A stretch of 64,000 bases of DNA, from positions 6,998,699-7,062,698 of the forward strand of contig CM082581.2 in NCBI GenBank assembly GCA_040954595.2, read 5' to 3'. Source of the DNA: Balanoglossus misakiensis (taxonomy: Eukaryota; Animalia; Hemichordata). Shown in pieces: positions 12,601 to 27,600 of the stretch. The notes below the pieces were generated by a model. It was given only the letters and a program-made list of their open reading frames with translations. It was not told the DNA's origin and searched no databases. Within the stretch, counting starts at the first letter, position 1; each line of letters opens with the position of its first letter. The translations under genes and the position numbers were made by a program.

Positions 12601-15600
12601 ATCAATTGTTGCTTTAGTTTCACTGTATTTAGAAAAAAATTTATGCTGAGACATGCAGTATCTAAAATCGTAAAAATGATTCCTTTTGTATTTATATAAA
12701 GAGTTGACGAATTTCCATGTGATAAATCTCTAATCTGAAGCAGCAAAAAAATGCGCTGTCACGTGTATTCATTCACTTGTAATTGTAACTCAATCAACCT
12801 GTCAGACCGTTCGACGATGACAACTCGAGAGTGCTCAACCATGCGGAGAATGGCTCTGTGATGATGATGGCTCGGACTGGCTGTACAGAGCCTCGCTAAT
12901 GCACGAGAGACATGTTTCAGCTTACAGCTTATTAGAGAGAGACTGAAACCACAGGCCTCAGCTAGCAGAGAGAGTAATATACCCCTGGGATAAAGCTCAA
13001 AACTCGGTCACAGGCTGTTCGGCCAGCCGAGAGCACTATAGCCCAGAGAGTGATGTCAGAGAGTGGAAGACAGAAGTCGAACGAATTAAAATTTTATCTG
13101 GGACAAGCAATTTTCCATCAGCTATACACATATATCATGAAATGTTCCGCATGCCTTATGTATATACCAATCAATTTATAAAATGGGTATTCTTGGAGGG
13201 TGTGTTCACATATTTATTTGCAGAAATATAAAAATTGGCAGTAATCCGTACAGTTAAGGGTGTAATTGGAAAACTACAACTATGTACATTGAATATTTGA
13301 ATATATTTAGATTAATTGTCTGTTTTTGGCTGAATTTTGGATTGTAACAACAGCACAGCATGTTCGAGTCAACTTGTAATAGAGTAATGTCTGAAGACAT
13401 ACAGACAAAAAGACGTATGATCTGACAAAAATTATATGACATGCTGACAGGGAGGAGGGCATACATTCTCTCGTGCTCAGGGAAATAAAAACAGAACTCT
13501 TGGGATTTGCAATAAAGGACATTTTATATTCCGTCTTTACGAGGCAATGACCTGGAGGGACTTGCAGTCGATTGTAAAATATTCAATACATGCTCTCAAT
13601 GAATAACTGACTGATATCCAGGCATCATGGGAAATGTATTTTTGAAGCAGGGTACTGCAGGTTGGAACACAATTAATTCCTGAACTTCAGGGAACGTCAA
13701 GTTCCGGAAATACCTGTCAGTTGGAAATAATCCGACCTGGTTCTTGTTGATTTGGGTTTGATGGGCCTATTTGATCAGGAAATTAACTTGGGAATCAATT
13801 AGGTTGTAGGCCAAGGAGAGAAAAAAGTATTGTTCCTTGCATTTGGGAGGGGGAAAGAAAAGAGGTGGTGACCAATCTTTGCCCTCTCCCCCCAACCAGT
13901 ACCAGTAAAAATTCACATGTGAAGCTGTTTGTTTGGAATTGCAGCAAACACAGCAGTCAAGTCGACGCTGAGAGAGACCCCTATAATATGAGGTTTCAAT
14001 GTTAAGGCAGAGGACAGCCGATATTGCTCTATCTTCTGACAATCTGACTATAGGTATACTTTCCACAAAAGTAATTACTCTGTTTGGCCCTTATCACAAG
14101 CAAGGTGATTTCCCAAAGGGATCAGTATAGGATGAAACATTGATTCTTTAATGGTCCACTTCCCATACTTCCGTGACACACACAAACACATGCAGACATC
14201 ATAACTGTCACATGACCTTTCAATGTGACTGGTAATAGATGTCTACCACAGGAAAGTATGACATAAAGTACGACCAACGGATTTTATAAACAGATCGAGA
14301 CATATCCATACGTCAGAGATGTGAACAAATCACTACTAACAGTTAAAGTACAGGGTCTAAGAATGTCTGTATTAAAGTTGCACCTGTTATGCACCTGTTT
14401 CAGGACTGCAATGACCAATCAGAAGTAACACAGTCTTCAAAAAGTGGCAAAGAGCAAAGAGCGAGCTATACATGTACTCCTTGCATGGTTTCTGTTCTAT
14501 CTTAATTCTGGTAGTTGACCACATCATATTTTTAACTGCACCAAACTATACGATTTAAATGTTTAATGCAGCAAAAGAACTATACTCTTTTCTATTCATG
14601 TGCTCTTGCAGCTGTGGTTTTAGTACAACAATATACAGCAATATTTTAGTTTATAAATTTCACTATATTTTCAATCTTGCACCCTATGCATTATACATTA
14701 TTCATGGCCCCTCGCTAAGTCGCGGCCCTCGTTAAGTCGCGGTTTTCCCGATGGACCCCGCCACCCGCGACTTAGCGAGGGTCTACTGTATTCGTCATGT
14801 TACGAAACTTGCCCATTATGATTTAAATACCTTGCTGCCACACAAGAGTCAATTAATTTAACAAATCGTACAGAACATTAGATGTCTGGAAGAACTGTTG
14901 AAGTCGCTATGGTTACTATTGAAAACAGTTGCCCTCCTGGAGGTCCTCCCACACACATTTTGGTCAATTACGTCAATTTGGACGCCAACTGATTGGCTGA
15001 TTAATTGGATAATATGCTGCTTCCCCGGGTTGGGAATGTTAGAATATATTCAAGAACTGAAACATTTTCCCCCGTTTCATAAAATTAGTCTGAGTAAAAA
15101 TATTTACTTCGTGTGCCATTGCTAACAAAGCTTTTTTGACGCTTAATGAGTTGACAGACACATTTCTGTGATTGCCTGATGCCGAATTATATCAACTTGT
15201 TCGGAGCAATTTCTAGAGCTACTTTAGCGAGTGTCAAAGTGATTTGAGTTTTCCATTAATAAAATGACAGATAAATCTTATTTGAAAAAAAAACATCAAA
15301 TGACATTCTTGTCACTTCACCGAGACCTGCAAGTCACAGTGGCCTACAAACCCTGAGGCAAAGTTTGTGTCCATTATAGCATTGGAATGCTCGTCAAACA
15401 TACGTCAAACATAATGATAGGCAGCTCAGAGTCACGCTCCTTGTAACCAACAATTTTCATATGCACAGTCAGGATTTCTCCTTGTCCTTTGCTTGAATTT
15501 GCATCGTAAATTCACAAGTCACTGTGAGTGACCCTTAGTATTTCAGCTTCTGTGTCTCTGAATTTTCCTAAAATATCCTATGGATTTTAATAGTATCTCT

Positions 15601-18600
15601 GAGATTTCCACAAAACAAAACAACTTAGCCTGTATTTGTTTCATTATCCAAACTGAGTTTGTACATGTTATTCATCTAAAAAAGTATGCGCCTACTCACA
15701 GGTATATTGGCATGCATGCATGGTGCCTTTTTACCTCGCGAACAAAGTGAACCTCAGCAAGGACAAGTGAAGTTAACTTTAACCTTGGCAACTTTGGATT
15801 CTCTCACACACATCACGACTACAGCAATACTGGTACATGACGTGTCATACTTTCTATCAGTAAAAAGTCAATGGCAGGAACACAATAGAAGCCCACTTTG
15901 GTTGTCGCGTGACAAATTAGCTCCATGAGTTACTGTTCAGGACGACTTCACAATTCACTAAAAATGCCCAAAAAGCTTTTCCACAATGGTGTTCAATAAA
16001 CCATCATTGGACAATGATTATTTTATGATGCATTCAATTGAAAACTCTTCCTTAATATCACTGGGTTTTATACGCGTCATTCAAGGAAACAAAAAATTCC
16101 TGTTATGATGTGTCATAATTAAATTTCATTAGATATTCTGATGCAATGAAAGTTGACTTTTATGTGGCACTGTCTATTACAAGATAGATTCATTGGGTGT
16201 CAAACATGGCCTACAGATCATTTACAACATTTATAATGGTCTCCTCGCTTCTGTTATTTAATGTTTTTTAAGGCTTTTGTTGAAAACACTGTTAGCTAAC
16301 TTCTGTGTGATCGTGGTTATTTGAGTTTTGAGCAGGCGAGGAGAGGCAGGCATATAATATTAGTGTTATAAAAAGAATTTAAATTCCACCTTGGTCACGT
16401 AAAACTTTGAAATTGCATTTCTGCAGACACTTTGCTATCAGTATCAACATGTCATAATGATACAATTTAATACTTATTTGTCCCCACAGACATAGTCCAC
16501 GGGAGGGGGGGGGGGGGTATTGGGTGATATGACTGCAAATCTGTGCGTCTGTAGCGTAATACTTGACTTGCTCGGACTAATTTCTTCATATATGCATGTC
16601 AATTTTGTTTTGAGATCTGATCCAATACAGCTACCAGTAAAAAAGCAGTCAAAAGTTAAAGATAGTGGAGCTTTAATACAAGTGTTCTGTATCATTATAT
16701 TTTCATCACCCATGATGCCTCCCATCTCTGAGATACAACCACACAGCGTGTCGTAACTATAGAGTTTTTACAGACGATTAATTTTTTGTCAAATTTTCAG
16801 AGGTGGAAAATTCACTGGTGTGGAAATGGTGATTAAGTGTATTTTTAGCCGGGGTCAAAATACGGATCTGAATCACATTCGCAACAACATGTACAACACT
16901 TCAGCTCAAACCTTAATAATTGGGTAGATGTAACGAAAATTAAGAATTTTATTTCAGTACCTGACTTATGTTATGTGGTTCCAATAAAATGCTTTGGAAA
17001 AACTGGATAGGTAGGAGATTATAAATTCTTTAATTTAAATTCAACCCTTATTCCTTCATAAATGACTTGAAGGTCGGGTTATTGGAACCACACAATTATT
17101 TTGTTTGCTTAACATCCGTGACTAGTCCATGTTGGAGAAAGTCTCGATGATTCTCAGTGGATTGAGGACGACCCCATATCATTGGCTGTTAGCAATATGA
17201 ATTATGGTTCTACATGTATGATAAGAGAGAGGGATAATGCAACTTATGAAAGCAGACACCAATACATCACTTTGTATTCTTTAATCCTCAGTAAATTTGA
17301 AAAGGAAACAGAACTGAGAAATAGCCTTCGAGCAACAACTTTGCAAAATTCGATAACCGTAGATCTTACTGGTACAATAAACGCATCTTCTTTTCTTGAA
17401 ATACCTATAACCTCGCATTCGGTTGATACATTCTGGAAACATAAATGAATTGGAGCTCTTTCCAGTGCAAACTTTATCGTTTCATGCATTTGGGAGTTTT
17501 GCCACACTGCACGTTGTCATGGTGACCAGCCGTAGAGGTGTCACTGGGCCTAGCCTGCAGAATTGATTGCCCAGATGCTTTTGTTCAAAAGGTTCACGAA
17601 TCAATTTGGTATCAATATTGCCGCGCGTAATAGGGCGAGGAAACTTGGCATTTTCCCATTTTCACGAATAAACAGGTATGAAACCTACGTGTCAAATCAG
17701 CGACGCTTTGAATGAAACATTTTCTCCGTCATTTTCCACCTGAGTGAAAAAACAGGCCATATGTGCAGGATACAGTGACAAAAGCGTTCCTATCATTCCG
17801 TTAAAACTCGTGTTATTTCGCCTGGTGATGACGAAAATGATAATATTCAACGTCGCGTTTTGAATGCAAGTTTTCAAACATGAATGCCGGGATCGGTTTC
17901 ACCTCTGAGGAATTCGTCAATTAATCACCGTGATAGCGTACGGCCAGCTTTAAAATGTAGGATTATGACTCAACGTTTCAAAATAGCTTTGCGCCCAATT
18001 ATACTCAGCTGATGTACGTTTGAGCCTAATCCCAGCATTCTGCAAAATAATTAGGCCAGCAGGACCTATATTTACGGTTGTTCCAAGGTTCAACGGATCA
18101 TATCTTTCTTCTTCAACAGGTTGGCTTAACTTGTATCATGTGTATTGAAGTGGGGAATGAGTCGTTGTTTTCCATATAACTGTCAGAGAACGTAGTACCC
18201 CAAATAAAACAGAAGCCGCACCATTGTTAGGGCACAAAAGCACTCTGTTATAATGTTTAAATAATACAAGCCTACTATAAAACCGTATTGCTTCTGAGAG
18301 GAATTTTACAAATATGATAGTTTTTGTCAAGCCCTTCACTAACCTCAATATTTTCTACCAATACAAACTTGTCATGTACAATATAGTGACCTTGTAGGAT
18401 ATACTTATATTAGTAACCAGCCTAAAATTACAATTTTTAGGCCTGGAATTCATCTGCATTATAGATCATCAAAACTATCACTTGACAGGTCAATGCCGCC
18501 CGGATGTTTTACATACTGGCTTCCTGTAAAAAATGTAATTCCAAGAACAGATCTGATGTGTAATTAACATTTTCTGAATGACTGCTGGTCCAATTCTCTT

Positions 18601-21600
18601 GACATTTGGTCACATGCAAACAAATGACAATAGTTCCTGGTGTTACATTTCAAGAAAAGGAAACAAGAATTGAAATGGGAACAATAACTCATTATGACAC
18701 AGCTGGAACACTGTTCTCTTTTTCTAGAATGTGATCACTGTTTAATACCAGAATGAAATAGTATACAGTTCACCTATGGTTTTAGTGCAATGACATATGA
18801 GTCAAAGCTTTGTACTGCCCTCTAGGCCACCACCGACGCAAAAAAAAAACTCTCCACTGACTCAGTTTTCATCCTACAGGTTGTGGAATATTAATATCAG
18901 GCTACTTCAAAAATTCCTCAAACCAATCCAGACATGAACTGAGCAATGTTCACATAATTTGATAAAAATGTGAAGATGAGCAGTAAATTGTCAGGAAACT
19001 CACTGTTGTCTTTCAGTGCCACTAGTCTTGATTATAAAGTCCTGCAGAAATAAATAGCCACATATTACAGCAAATGCCCCTTTAAGGCCGGGCAGCTATT
19101 TTCTTCCCTTTATAAACAAGAGATTCAGCATTGGATGCAAATTTAATCATCGACTATAACTTAATGTCCCTTTAATATATAGATATCATGGCTTGTGGTA
19201 AAATGACCCAGTAAAATGTATTTGGCAAAAATATTTACACCCTTAGGCCTTTCTCTGTATGTGAGCTACACATTTACAAATCAATATTCTGCGTGTATGG
19301 AGACTTGACAATCAAATTTCATCTCTCATAATGCAATCTGCAACGGCTATTATTTGACTGAAACAGTCCCCATTAATAGAACAGCTATTTGGTCACAGCT
19401 GGATGATCGTGTCAATATTTATTTTCTTCTTGCGTCTGTGACAGTGCTGTATACAGACGCAATAAACAAATTTGTACAAAGACGCACAAAAATGACACAA
19501 TTATGAAGAATAAATTGACCGAAATACTTCTACTTCAGCGATAATCTCTTTCAGATGTGTCCTTCTCACATAAACTAGTCCACATGTTTCCTTCCCATAA
19601 CAAAATGTATTGGGATTTATAATTACATCAAAGAATGCAATAAAAAAGTGTCTTTCGAATGTGTTTAGTTGGATTGTTTCATTTGATGGAGGCTATTTAT
19701 CTTATCTTTAGAGGTCCGAGTTTGCCATAGAAAACAATGGATTTGGAACAAACCATGTCAGTGAAAAGTAAAATATTAATTAATGCCACAGAATGAAGGT
19801 TATTTACTGACCTCATGTTGCCCAGCTTATAGCGCCTAATTTTCTTGCGACATAAATTGGCAATTATGTCAGTGTTTCCTCATACTACCGGTACATTTAA
19901 CAATATCCTGCTTTTATGCACCAATCACCAATAATCAATGGCCAATGATGTTCAATATCGACACACAAATTTTCTGCTCTTAGTTTTAGTTTTTGGTTAA
20001 TATGTATTTTACTATTTTATGTGTTTTCAATTACCAGCCAAGGTATTTTTCTGATTGTACATTTCTCTGACAAATATTAGCTTTTAAGTATTAACAATAT
20101 CATAAAAAGTGTTCCCCATACGGTGTGGTTGAAATGTATACATCAAACTATATTCCTATTTACTCAATTCGAATTGCCTCCTAAGTTGTTATTTCTAAAC
20201 CCAGACGCTTAATACACAGTATTACAGACAGGACTATAAACAGAATACATCTTTCCAAACCCTTTGTTGTGCTTACATTGGTAGAGTTAATGGAAATGCC
20301 ACACGTGAGAATACTCGCGCACAATTTTACAAAATTGAAAAATACTGTTATCGTTATGGTGACTGTAATTTGAATATTAGGTAAATAGCGTACAATCCTT
20401 TAACATTCCTCTATACCGATACTGTGTCACCGAGACCTCCATGGGTCGAGTTAAGCTTTTTCTGTATAAAACACTTTTTTTCATGCTAATACACAAAAAA
20501 GTGCCGACATTATATTAAGAAATCCTTTTCTATCTAATTCTCTGCAAGACGTGTGTACACTCACAATGGAACTGTGTTGTTGCTATGGAACAATACTGAA
20601 AGTTGTTTCTAATACATATCATTCATAGGAATTAGTATTCATTTTACATGGCTCCTGAAGATCCACAGCGTGCATATTCAGTTCCCAATTGAAATTTTAT
20701 GCCAGTTTGAAGTGATTGGCCCCATAAATTTCCATTATAAAAGCCTTATGAAAATGTTATTTTGTTAAAATGTTATTTTGTCAAAGGCAGTGAGACTCGA
20801 CTTCCTAAAAAAAATCAATACATTTCTGTTTTATAAACTATGAAAACTAGTCTGTTACTTTTCTCTACAACCAACAGCATTTACACTGAAAATTTAAAGT
20901 GTCAATAATAGAACAACCATGTGCATGTTTATCAATGCAAGAATACAGAGTAGAACATTATAAACTGTGGTTGTTATACCAGGTAGGGTAGAAGAGAAAA
21001 AGAATGGAAACAACATCTAAAAAGAGAGACTGTGCGACAACCCAGTAAAATGTTCTATTTCATCAACATCATCAACAGCCCCAAAAGCACACACTACTAT
21101 AACCTCACGTACCCATCACAGAACTTAAAACAGATGGTTCAATATGAGCCAGTTAAATTGAGTAACTACGACAACAGCTTGTGAGCAAATACGGGGATAA
21201 GACACCAAGCACGCACACATTTGAAACACACTGTTAATTATAACCGTTACACTATTCTCCCAATGAGAATAATAAGACGCAAGTGGATAGTTGAGACAGA
21301 GTGCGTGTTGAGCAAAGAATACGGTTACAGCAAACTTGTCATCAACCATGTGTGAAATGCTACACCCTTGGAAATTAAGTTAGTCGCAAACACAGCTAGA
21401 TCTGAATTCAATCCAACATGTATAAACAGTAAGCAAATGACACTTTACATGTCGATCTCTTTACGATTTGTGAGTGTGTGAAATCCGGTCATTATTGAAC
21501 ACTGCACAATGCATCGCACACTCTCCATCCAGTCGCTGGCGCATCTCTGTCAACACGTTCGATGGCTCCGATGAATTGTGTGCGAGGCATATAAAAGGTC

Positions 21601-24600
21601 TCCAGAAGATGACCTCGGCCAGCCACATTTACAGGTTGACGGAGCTCGAACCAGCGGGATCACGCATGATGAAACGCGGCCAAGCTGATATCTCACTCCC
21701 CCCCCCCCCCCCCCCCCCCCCCGAAGTTGATGAGATAATTCCCTCGGCTGTGACAAATGCCAAATTACCGTAAATTAGCGACTTACATGAGACATCCTGT
21801 GATCAGCGTGTATTTTCAGGCCAAGATGTCCTCTGCTGCTGCGCGCTGGGGATTGAAATCATCCCAAATTGCACATTTATACAGAAATGCAGATAATGCA
21901 AGATCGCAGTTTCCTGCCATTCCTGTTGATAGAAGCCAGTGGGAAAACCGCATGCATTTATCGAATCCTTCCGACGGGTTAATTCGGACAGGGTTCATTC
22001 ACTTGAACTGAATTTGATTTCATGGAACGTAGAAATGATTTATTTCCTGATCGACTGCACGATACAGCCATATAGTTCAAAGAAAATAATCTTTGAGAGT
22101 TAATGTTACTGATGTACATATACAGCAGCTTTACTCATTCTTGAGGCAAAAAAAAAAATTCTATCCCTTCTTGGGTCCAATCTTGAAACCCTATAAAAAT
22201 TCACTTCACTATATACACTTTAACAAAGAAGTACCCGCACAATGCTAATGTGTCATTAAAATTATAATATTGGAAATTTTAAGAATTTATCAAACCGACT
22301 GGAGTATCAATTCAATCAGTGTATGGACAGCGAATTAATTTTTTAATCATTTATCAAAGACCCTTGTGAAAATGTTTTTTTGTCAGACAATCAGGCTATT
22401 GGAATTCTGGTCAGAGCCCAGTGCTTACCCATCGCTGCTAACAGGGCCATAAATCTCAAGTCTCTATTACATTTTGTGTAAGTAGCTGTGCTCATCGATA
22501 ATTACAAGTCTGTTAGATTCCGAGCCACCTTGTCCATCTTGAACACCAAAGTGGCATTTGCATACAGCACTGTCTATGTAGCGACTGAAAATTAGTTTTT
22601 TTAATGAACACTGAGAAAAAAACTGAGGCCATATAATATCACTACAGACATCAGACTGTGATTCCCTTTAAGGCAGAACGCACCTTGAAAATTACAGTCT
22701 TAAACTGTTTCTCATATTTTGCTTAAGGCAAGTTGAGATACCTCTCCTTAAATTGAGAATGAAAATTGGGGTCGATCACCGTGCAAAATATTGAATGAGA
22801 GAGTAAAATTGTCTCAAATCTGAAAATCAAAATGGCCACCAATTTCTGTGTAACTCTATGGAAAGTTGTGATTTTTAATAAAAACAAGATGGCGAACACC
22901 CTCTTCTTCTTAATTGTATTTCCCTCAAAATCTCCTCACACACTCTAATATAGCAAAGAATTGAAAGCTTTGGAGGACTTTAAATTTTTTCTGAAAATCT
23001 GTCCCTGAGGCACAAGACTACTTTAATACCGAAAGCCTATGCTCTCCTCGTAGCCGTCTGTTTTTATTGCTCCGATATTTCATGTTTACAGATAGTCTAA
23101 CTGTGAGAATTACCATTTTCTGGGAAGCTCTTTAAGTCTATATTACAGTCTTTACAAAAACATCTAATGCCCACTCCAGAAGATCTGTAATACCACTGAC
23201 CCAAACATGAAGCAATGATTTTTTTTTATTTTCAATGAGAGGAGATTAATTTTTTTACTGTCAAACACGAGAAGATGAAAATAGCGTTGGGGATTGTGCA
23301 GACCCTTCAAAACCCTGGCAGTCAAAGCTGTTTATATTTCAATTCATATTATCTATTCATAACAGAATCTATTCATTTTAATTCACCAGATAGTGACAGC
23401 TTAGGAACAGCTTTTTTGAATGGCAGCCATTAAGGTAATGTACCCCTTGTAATCTCCGAGGCAATGAGAGTCATACCTCCACGGGCAAAAGTGTTCGGCT
23501 TCATTGAAATTTGAGAGCTCTCTCTCTCAATTGAAAATGTGTTTTGTATGGCGAATGTCCAAATGATATCGCTTATAAATGCAATATTATACTGTGTACA
23601 CATTTTTTGTGGCACGCAATTTATACCTCAAGACTTTGCAAGTATGAAGAGTATAGAAGCAATTTTGTGTCTTCATTGTGGAATACTACAATCTCAGACC
23701 CACGCTCAAGGAACCTGGATAAGATTTCTCACACGAGTTGCGGGGATATTCTGTTTAACACGAGTGTGAAACAAATATTCCCTAACAAGTGTGAGAATTT
23801 TAACACAAGGCACTTAGTGTGACGTGTGAAGTTCTTTTTCTCACATGACCACAACAAGTAAATTTGCGCTAACAGCACTGAATTATCGACCGCATGACTC
23901 TCGTCTGGCAAGCTGTATTTCCTGTCTGCGTACTTGTACACATCCTGTTGTTGGATAACATTTCAGTATACTCATGTTAGGTAACACTTTCAAGTCTGTG
24001 AAAGTGTACATGGGACTGACTGCATCCCACATTGTCAATCCAACAAACTCCCAGCGGTCAAGAATGTGAGAATTATTTCATATTCCCTGTAGTCCTTATT
24101 TTCTATGTTGACAGAACTGCGTTTATAATTAAAGCAATTGTTTGCTTGATACATGTGCCGATAGATAAAACATCACACCTGATAAATTTCACTCCATCAA
24201 TGATTGACAACTTTGTCTGACATCCATGTGCGAACATTGTGTACATGTCTTCCCAAGCATTCATGCAAGAAGGTGCAGTACGACTTGGGTCTAATAAAAG
24301 CCCTTTCACCACCATGGTTTGTCCAAATTTATTGTTTTCTATGGTAAAGTTGGACCTCTAAAGAGGGAAATGGGGGTGACGGGGTTAAAGTTCAGAGCAA
24401 AGCCTTCACGTTGTGCCTTTGAGCAGTACACTCTACTTCCTATTGCTTCTCCGTTTACCCAGGAGCATGTGGGTACTTCAGCCTGTAAATGGGTCTGACA
24501 TACCAGTACATTGTATTTCTTGTGAATCTAATTGGTACGACTAACGATTTTATCATGCACTGCACACACACTTCACCATTAAGCCATTCAAGTTTGAAAA

Positions 24601-27600
24601 AAAAAATATTCACCCAGTCACTACCTGTTTTTCATTTACATGTAAGCCACAGGCTATAAAGAACACACTAGCTCCCCTCAGTCACCATTACTACCTAACT
24701 GTTTCATCAAACCCGTCATCCCAAATACGGCCAGAATTTTTTTATCCACGGAGAAAAAATTAAAAAATCTAGCTCAAAATCCACCCATCTGTCACAGCTG
24801 TCACATTTATAGTAGCATCAGAAATTCAATCTACAAGTATCCAAAGTGTCAAAATGTCAATGATTTATTAGCTGCATTTTTGACTCCCCCAGCATCAAAT
24901 CTCCTTTTTGGTGAAAAGAGGATTATGGCAATGTATCGGTATTTTATTTTCCTTTGAAACTGTCATCCATAGTGATAAAAAAGTTGGCTACAGAGAGAAA
25001 ACCCCAGCTTTTAATGTACATGTATGTACACACATACAATTAAACATAGGACTCTACTGATGAAACTTTAATTTTCCAAACCTTTGAACTCTCCCAGTCT
25101 GCGTACACCCACCCACACACACCAATAAGCAGGAGAGAAAAGGGAATTTGCTTTCTCTAGGAATGTTCTGATTTCTAACGTTCAAATATACTCATGCCGC
25201 AACCAATCAAGCGTGGGATGCCCTTATGATTACAAAGGTCCTATCTGATTGATGCCGGGTACACACACTTTAATTGGCAAAGATGGAGAGGAACAAGAAG
25301 AGCAAACACAGCTGCATGATTGCACACAAATATTCCGCAGTGCATCATCCAATCTTGGTCAATCTCCTGTCTGCATGGAACACATTTCCACTCTGTGAAT
25401 TGAGTTAACACTCAATGTCAATATTTTGCATCAGCTGCTAATTAAAGAGGGATTTTTAATGAAATGTTATCACTTTCTTTTCCCGATAATTATTTAAAAT
25501 CAAGATAATTACCAGCATTAGGTTACTAGTTAGCATACCGGGGCTATTTACCGTTATATACCAGTATACCGGTATAGGACAATGAATGTAACGTACATCA
25601 CCATGAATGGATGGGATTCAAATTACACACATCTTGTTTGACAATGCAGATCTGTGAGGGCATGATGGCTCCCATGGCTTTTTAAAAAAAGGCCATTTTG
25701 TAAGAAAAGTGTTTGCGTCAATGCAACCACACATGGTTTGAAAATGCAGGTAGACACAGAGGCAGCACAGTCAGTTAGTTGTACATTGAAGCTCAGAATT
25801 TAAAATGATGTCCACAGTTTTCAGTTACATTCCCCACAGCCATTACCCAGATAAAAATAAATGTATGTACAAGTTCCATCAAAGGATAACATATTGTCTG
25901 CAACATAATGAGACTGCAATTGTCAAACTGGTTTTATCTTTTGACTGCATGGGTCTCTCGCTGTGAGGAAACGGCCTTGCGGTCAACAGTACATACACAA
26001 GATGATGTTTGTGTGGAAAGAAATTAATCTCATAGTTTTATGTTCAAATTCCAAGAAAGCAAAAACCAAGAGTTCCAGTTAAAACCCCTGTATAAACAAA
26101 TGCAATGCTAATTTTTGGCTATTTTTTCATTTTTCTTCTCCTAATTGTATCAACCCTGGTTTCTTGTTCTACTCTTGATAGCTTTATGAAATGTTTAGTC
26201 TTCATAGCTTCTCAAGAAAGCCTGTATATTAGATGTATGAGTGAAAACATTCTCGCATCAAATTTTTTTGAAAGCTCTTCAAAGGACACTTCCAAGTCGA
26301 ATCGTATCGTATCACACTTCATTCTGCTTCACATTAAAGGTCAACACAGCAACTGTCGTTTGCATAAATGCCACAGAGAAACAGGAAAACATATAAACCC
26401 TAGATAAAACTCATCCATTTTAGTAATTTTCTCTGATTTGCCGTCCAAAGTACAATAGAACTGCACTCATATGAGTCGTTTTTTGAAAACAGAAAACTTC
26501 AAACTCCTGGTAATTAGTGCCCCCGGTCAATCGGATAAAAAATATCAAAATGCTAATAGTATCAATACAAGGATGGTTATGATACATTCAGCATTTGCAA
26601 TAAATGAAAATATTTCATATAAACTCTTTCTTCAATTGTGTCAAATCTCATACCTCTTGCTGTGTTCACAGCCAATATGTGTATTGCATTACTTAATTGT
26701 TACAAAATCTGTTAGTTCTAGCTTGAATCTTTGGTCTCTTTCTTCTGCCCAAGGTTATGATCACTAAGTTCACTAAGTTCAATGCTCTAAACACAATGTT
26801 CCTATCTGGTGACTTTTAGTTGTAGCCACCAATCCCAGAATTCTCGGCTGTCACGTGATAACTCAGATGAGCGCACCGATCACAATTTATATGTTCCGAC
26901 TTGCCAACTTTCGGTTGTATATATGCACACTAGACTACAAATTTCTGTCAAACCTGTCTCGTGAACTTTAACCTCACCGTGACGAATGACAGGTTAGTCC
27001 AGGGTCCTATCATCACGGGGATCAAAGTCAATTACAATCGCAAATTAAACGTTCAGCCTGGCTGACTCCAGACATGAAGACAATTCAGTTGCGGCCGGGG
27101 TCGTCTTTCTGAGATCTGGGGGTGTTGTGTGGGGGTGGACTATAATTATCATGCACAGTGTATCACCTTTAGTGATCGATGAACGAGAGAGAGCCGTGTC
27201 TCATCTAAATACACACAATGACGCAACGCAAGGTGTCTCTACTTCAAACGAATATCCATCATCCCTTTGTGTAGTTCTAACCTCTTCCTATGTTATGACA
27301 GTAGTGTATCTCTCTGCATATACCGTATAACCATCTCCCGTATTAGTACAAAACACCATGGTATATCTGGCTTAAACCGTGAGCGTCATATTAATGCTGG
27401 GAGCACTGCATGCCACGATTTTTGTACATCACTGTGAGTTACGAGAACTGCTCTTTTTAGTCCTGGGGCCTAAATGTGAGCTGCATCCCAGGAAAGCGTT
27501 GATGTCTCTCTCAAAGTGTAAATGAAATTCACACACAACCTCGTAAAAGCTTGCCTGCGACGGCACAGTGAAAATTCTTCTGTGTTTCACTTGTACTTTT

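Noticed and set aside
12790-13085. GC-richer, AG-rich block that looked exon-like
   Set aside because: No consistent open frame with paired splice sites on either strand.
21474-22011. Cluster of 60-99 aa ORFs around a poly-C run
   Set aside because: Poly-Pro/Gly arises from a homopolymer; no motifs, splice support or codon bias.
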